Shown here: in pieces, positions 60,872 through 64,000 of the stretch
Position numbering within the stretch: position 1 is the first letter of the stretch
Layout of the letters: every line of letters begins with the position of its first letter
Notes under the pieces: model-generated
What the model was told of the DNA's origin: nothing
The model's database searches: none
What the model saw: the letters and a program-made list of their open reading frames with translations, nothing else
From: Candidatus Latescibacterota bacterium
Lineage (GTDB): Bacteria > Latescibacterota > UBA2968 > GCA-2709665
Direction: 5' to 3'
Assembly: GCA_965208835.1 (NCBI GenBank)
Contig: OZ242358.1
Coordinates: forward strand, 3,872,001 to 3,936,000
Length of the DNA: 64,000 nt
Program-made: the position numbers and the translations under genes

Positions 60872-60900
60872 ACGTTCCCGTATTCCGGAACGACCCCTAA

Positions 60901-61062
60901 GAAGCTGTCTTAAAATTCCCAGCGGTCTTCGCACGGCTGCAAAAGCGCCGGTCGGCGTTGGTCAAACCCACCCGTATAGACAAATATGGGCGAGTTTTCC
61001 CGCCTTGACCGCCACTTTTTCGCTCGCGCTCGGGAACACGCCGGTGATTTTAAAACAGCTTC
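60901..61062 (-). mobile_element. MITE-like element copy 4 (162 bp, short variant)
   Basis: TIRs GAAGCTGTCTTAAAAT...ATTTTAAAACAGCTTC flanked by TAA/TAA. Confidence 0.8.
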
Positions 61063-61113
61063 TAAACGGAAAAACAGGCGCCCGTAACTGCGCGTTCATC
61101 CGGTGAGGTCCAG

Positions 61114-62196
61114 CTATTTCCGCCCGTACTGAAGAATGAAATCTTCCACCATCTCCCGGGCTTCGTCGTCGCTGAACTGCTCGGGCGGGGTCTTCATAAA
61201 GTAGGAGGAGGGGCCCAATAACGGTCCTTTCAGGCCGTGTTCCAGACCCAGTTTGCAGCAACGGACCGCGTCGATGACCACGCCTGCGGAATTGGGCGAA
61301 TCCCATACCTCCAGTTTCAATTCCAGGTTAAGCGGCACACCGCCGAAGGTTTCACCTTCCATCCGGATGTGGCACCACTTCCGGTCTTCCAGCCACGGCA
61401 CATGATCGCTGGGGCCGACGTGGACGTTCGCCTCACCCAAATCGTAGTCAAGCTGGGAAGTCACTGCGTTGGTCTTGCTGATTTTCTTGGATTCCAGCCT
61501 TGATCGTTCCAGCATGTTGTAGAAGTCGGTGTTCCCGCCAAAGTTCAACTGGTAGGTACGGGTAAGCTTGACGCCTCGCTCACGGAAGAGCCGGGTGAGA
61601 ACCCGGTGGGCGATGGTTGCCCCGACCTGCGATTTGATATCGTCTCCAATGATTGGCAGGCCGCGCTTTTCGAATCGATCGGGCCAGTGTCCCGCGCTCG
61701 CAATGAAAACGGGCACGCAATTGACGAAACCGCAGCCGGCTTGAAGAACCTGCTCCACGTACCACTTCGTGGCTTCTTCGCTTCCGACAGGAAGATAGTT
61801 GACAACCACGTCGGTTCCCGATGCTTTGAGGACCTCCGCCACGTCCACGGTGCTCCCGTCGGCCTTTTGTATGACTTCGCTGAGATACCGGCCCAGACCG
61901 TCGTGGGTCATTCCGCGCTGAACGGGCACGTCGAGGTGAGGAACATCCGCGAATTTGACGGTATTATTGGGCTCGGTGAAGATCGCCTCGCTGAGATCCC
62001 TGCCGACCTTGTTCGTATCGATGTCGAACGCGGCCGAGAACTCGATGTCGCGGATGTGATAGCCGCCCAGTTCAGGATGCATCAGCCCGGGAATGAAGCT
62101 GTCTTCAGGCGCATCCCCGTAATACTGGACGCCCTGGACGAGAGAAGATGCGCAGTTGCCGACACCGACGATGGCAACGCGGACTTTCCTGGCCAT
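61114..62196 (-). CDS. ino1: myo-Inositol-1(3)-phosphate synthase
   Basis: [54 protein letters not shown]. Confidence 0.95.
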   Translation of the reverse strand: MARKVRVAIVGVGNCASSLVQGVQYYGDAPEDSFIPGLMHPELGGYHIRDIEFSAAFDIDTNKVGRDLSEAIFTEPNNTVKFADVPHLDVPVQRGMTHDGLGRYLSEVIQKADGSTVDVAEVLKASGTDVVVNYLPVGSEEATKWYVEQVLQAGCGFVNCVPVFIASAGHWPDRFEKRGLPIIGDDIKSQVGATIAHRVLTRLFRERGVKLTRTYQLNFGGNTDFYNMLERSRLESKKISKTNAVTSQLDYDLGEANVHVGPSDHVPWLEDRKWCHIRMEGETFGGVPLNLELKLEVWDSPNSAGVVIDAVRCCKLGLEHGLKGPLLGPSSYFMKTPPEQFSDDEAREMVEDFILQYGRK

Positions 62197-62300
62197 TTCA
62201 ACACTCCTTCGAGAGAAAAAGTTCCGCCTACTTGGACAAAAACAGGTGTAAAAGATAGGTACATTTATATATTTGACAAATGAATAATTACTATATTATT

Positions 62301-62317
62301 TATAGGAATTCTCTATA
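62301..62317. promoter_or_regulatory. Putative LysR-type binding site in the divergent ino1/lysR region
   Basis: TATAG-N7-CTATA palindrome (T-N11-A) in an AT-rich segment next to TTGACA 62273-62278. Confidence 0.55.
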
Positions 62318-62348
62318 GAAAAATGTCTTGTTCAGGGGTGACTTAAAT

Positions 62349-62457
62349 CCGGGCGCCCACAAGGGACGTCTCTACAAGTGCATCGTCGGCACGAAACCCG
62401 GATCGTTCCAATTCACGGAAGTCTGGGTTTATAGGGGAGACCCTTGTGGGCGCCCGG
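62349..62457. repeat. REP-like inverted doublet (GTAG-type)
   Basis: Perfect 17-bp inverted repeat ccgggcgcccacaaggg / cccttgtgggcgcccgg, 75 nt apart, with ctac and atag on the inner sides. Confidence 0.65.
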
Positions 62458-62525
62458 CCTCCGATCTCTGCCGACTCACCTCTACCCTCTCCCGGCCTCT
62501 CGGGAGGGCACAACAGGAGGTGTAA

Positions 62526-63449
62526 ATGAACCTGCAACACCTGAAGTACTTCCTGGCAGTCGCACGCGAGGGCAGTTTCAGCCGGGCGGCACGTGAACTG
62601 CACGTGACGCAGCCTACCGTCAGCAGCGGCGTGGCTGACCTGGAGCGTGCGCTGGGCGTGCGACTCTTCAACCGGGGCAACCGGCATGTGGGGCTGACGA
62701 TGGAAGGAAGGACGCTTGCGAATTACGGGATGCAGATCCAGGATCTGGTGGAATCGACCGAAGACCGGCTCAGACGACGGGACGTACTTCCGGGCGAGGG
62801 ATTTCAGTTCGGGGCGATCGACGCCGCCGTTACGTATCTGTTGCCTGACATCCTGAAGGCGTACATGCGGGACTTTCCTAACGTGGCGCTTTCCGTTCAG
62901 GTAGCGCCCTCCCGATATCTCGTGGACGATCTTCTGCTTAACCGCTCCGAATTCGCGGTGATTTCGCTACCGTTCGCCCATCCGAAGCTGGAAACGGTTT
63001 CCATACACCGGGACTCCATGCCCCTGGTGGCGGGGGCATCGCACCGGTTTTCCAGGCGTTCGTCCGTGGCCCTCGGAGAGATTGCTGAGGAGCCGTTGAT
63101 TCTGTTTCACGCCGACTCCGTGTCGCGAAAAATCGTGGACGAACGGTTTGCCGAAGCCGGAGTATCACCGGGCGTGGTTATGGAAATGCGGAGCCCGGAG
63201 GCCATGAGGAAGCTGGTGGAGGTGGGCGTGGGTATTTCCTTCCTGCCGCATCTGACCGTTCAGGATTCCCTGACGTCGGGGGCGCTGGTGACCGTACAGG
63301 TGACGGGTGTACGGTTCGGCCGTGAGATTGGCGTGGCCTGGCGGCAGGGGCGATATTTCGGACCCGCGATCCGGCACCTGCTGGACGCCGTCTTTGAACG
63401 GTTCGGAGTCACAGCCGACGGAATGCACGATGACCCACACGACGTTTAG
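62526..63449 (+). CDS. LysR family transcriptional regulator
   Basis: MNLQHLKYF..VAREGSFSRAARELHVTQPTVS...LE..LGVRLFNR; RBS AGGAGG. Confidence 0.95.
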   Translation: MNLQHLKYFLAVAREGSFSRAARELHVTQPTVSSGVADLERALGVRLFNRGNRHVGLTMEGRTLANYGMQIQDLVESTEDRLRRRDVLPGEGFQFGAIDAAVTYLLPDILKAYMRDFPNVALSVQVAPSRYLVDDLLLNRSEFAVISLPFAHPKLETVSIHRDSMPLVAGASHRFSRRSSVALGEIAEEPLILFHADSVSRKIVDERFAEAGVSPGVVMEMRSPEAMRKLVEVGVGISFLPHLTVQDSLTSGALVTVQVTGVRFGREIGVAWRQGRYFGPAIRHLLDAVFERFGVTADGMHDDPHDV

Positions 63450-63640
63450 CCTCAATCCGAAAAAAACAGCAACGCTGCGACGCGATAAAACCCTCCGAAA
63501 CGGGGCAATATTGACGTATAGAATGACGTTTTTTCCCTTCACGTCCAGTGACCTGGTGTATCCTGGTAATCCGCCGTTTAATCGCCTTTATCAACTTGCA
63601 TATATTCGAATTAACGTCCTCGAAAAATGACGAATCCTGG

Positions 63641-64000
63641 TTAGTATTTCACGGTCATCACGTCGGTCGCCTTCAGCGCCTGTTCGATCAGCGGAGGCAG
63701 GTCGAGTCCGGGTTCGATTTCATGGACCGTCTTCAGATTGGCGCGGGTTTCCGGATGTTTGGGCACGAAGACCGTACAGCAATCTTCATAGGGCTCGATT
63801 GAAATGTCGTAGGTGCCGATACGCCGGGCAAGATCGATGATTTCCTCCTTGTTGTCCCCGGAAAGCGGGCGAAGAAGGGGAAGCGGGGTCGCTTCCTCGA
63901 TTGCGCGCATATTCGACAGGGTCTGAGAAGCGACCTGGCCGACGCTTTCGCCGGTGACAAGGGCCTGCGCGCCCTCCCGTTCGGCGATGGCTTCGGCGAT
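63641..64000 (-). CDS. thiI: tRNA 4-thiouridine synthase ThiI, C-terminal part (5' truncated by window edge)
   Basis: VTGESVGQVASQTLSN...RPL.G.NKEEII..AR.IGTY.ISI.PYEDCC. Confidence 0.92.
   Translation of the reverse strand: MAEAIAEREGAQALVTGESVGQVASQTLSNMRAIEEATPLPLLRPLSGDNKEEIIDLARRIGTYDISIEPYEDCCTVFVPKHPETRANLKTVHEIEPGLDLPPLIEQALKATDVMTVKY

Noticed and set aside
29144-61062. Repeats interpreted as a CRISPR array or as small genes
   Set aside because: Copies are dispersed, 162-186 bp long, with no spacer periodicity and no cas genes; ORFs crossing them are inconsistent between copies.

Overview
GC-rich bacterial chromosomal segment. The content (dockerin/EF-hand tags, FlgD-Ig/T9SS-like C-terminal domain, GWxTD proteins, sulfatase, GSIII) suggests an FCB-group lineage such as Latescibacterota or Gemmatimonadota; this is inference. 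From left to right: (1) the end of a heme/iron uptake operon (TonB-dependent receptor C-terminus, beta-barrel porin, imelysin, di-heme oxidoreductase, dockerin-tagged double HmuY, IsdG-like monooxygenase) and tRNA-Pro(TGG); (2) two M19 dipeptidases, a sulfatase and an EVE protein; (3) an operon ending in a two-domain sulfurtransferase whose catalytic Cys codon is an in-frame TGA (probable selenoprotein); (4) a decayed czcA/cusA remnant, a TorF-like porin and glutamine synthetase III; (5) secreted multidomain proteins, xerC, topA, BatA/vWA, PTS IIA, a ClC, GWxTD proteins and vapBC; (6) a split pyruvate:ferredoxin oxidoreductase directly followed by aceE-aceF-lpdA; (7) an SLBB / PDG-repeat / CAP lipoprotein, ino1, a LysR regulator and the 3' part of thiI. 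Four dispersed copies of a 162/186-bp MITE-like element are present. I saw no CRISPR array, prophage or autonomous IS. All calls come from motif recognition by eye; no searches were run.
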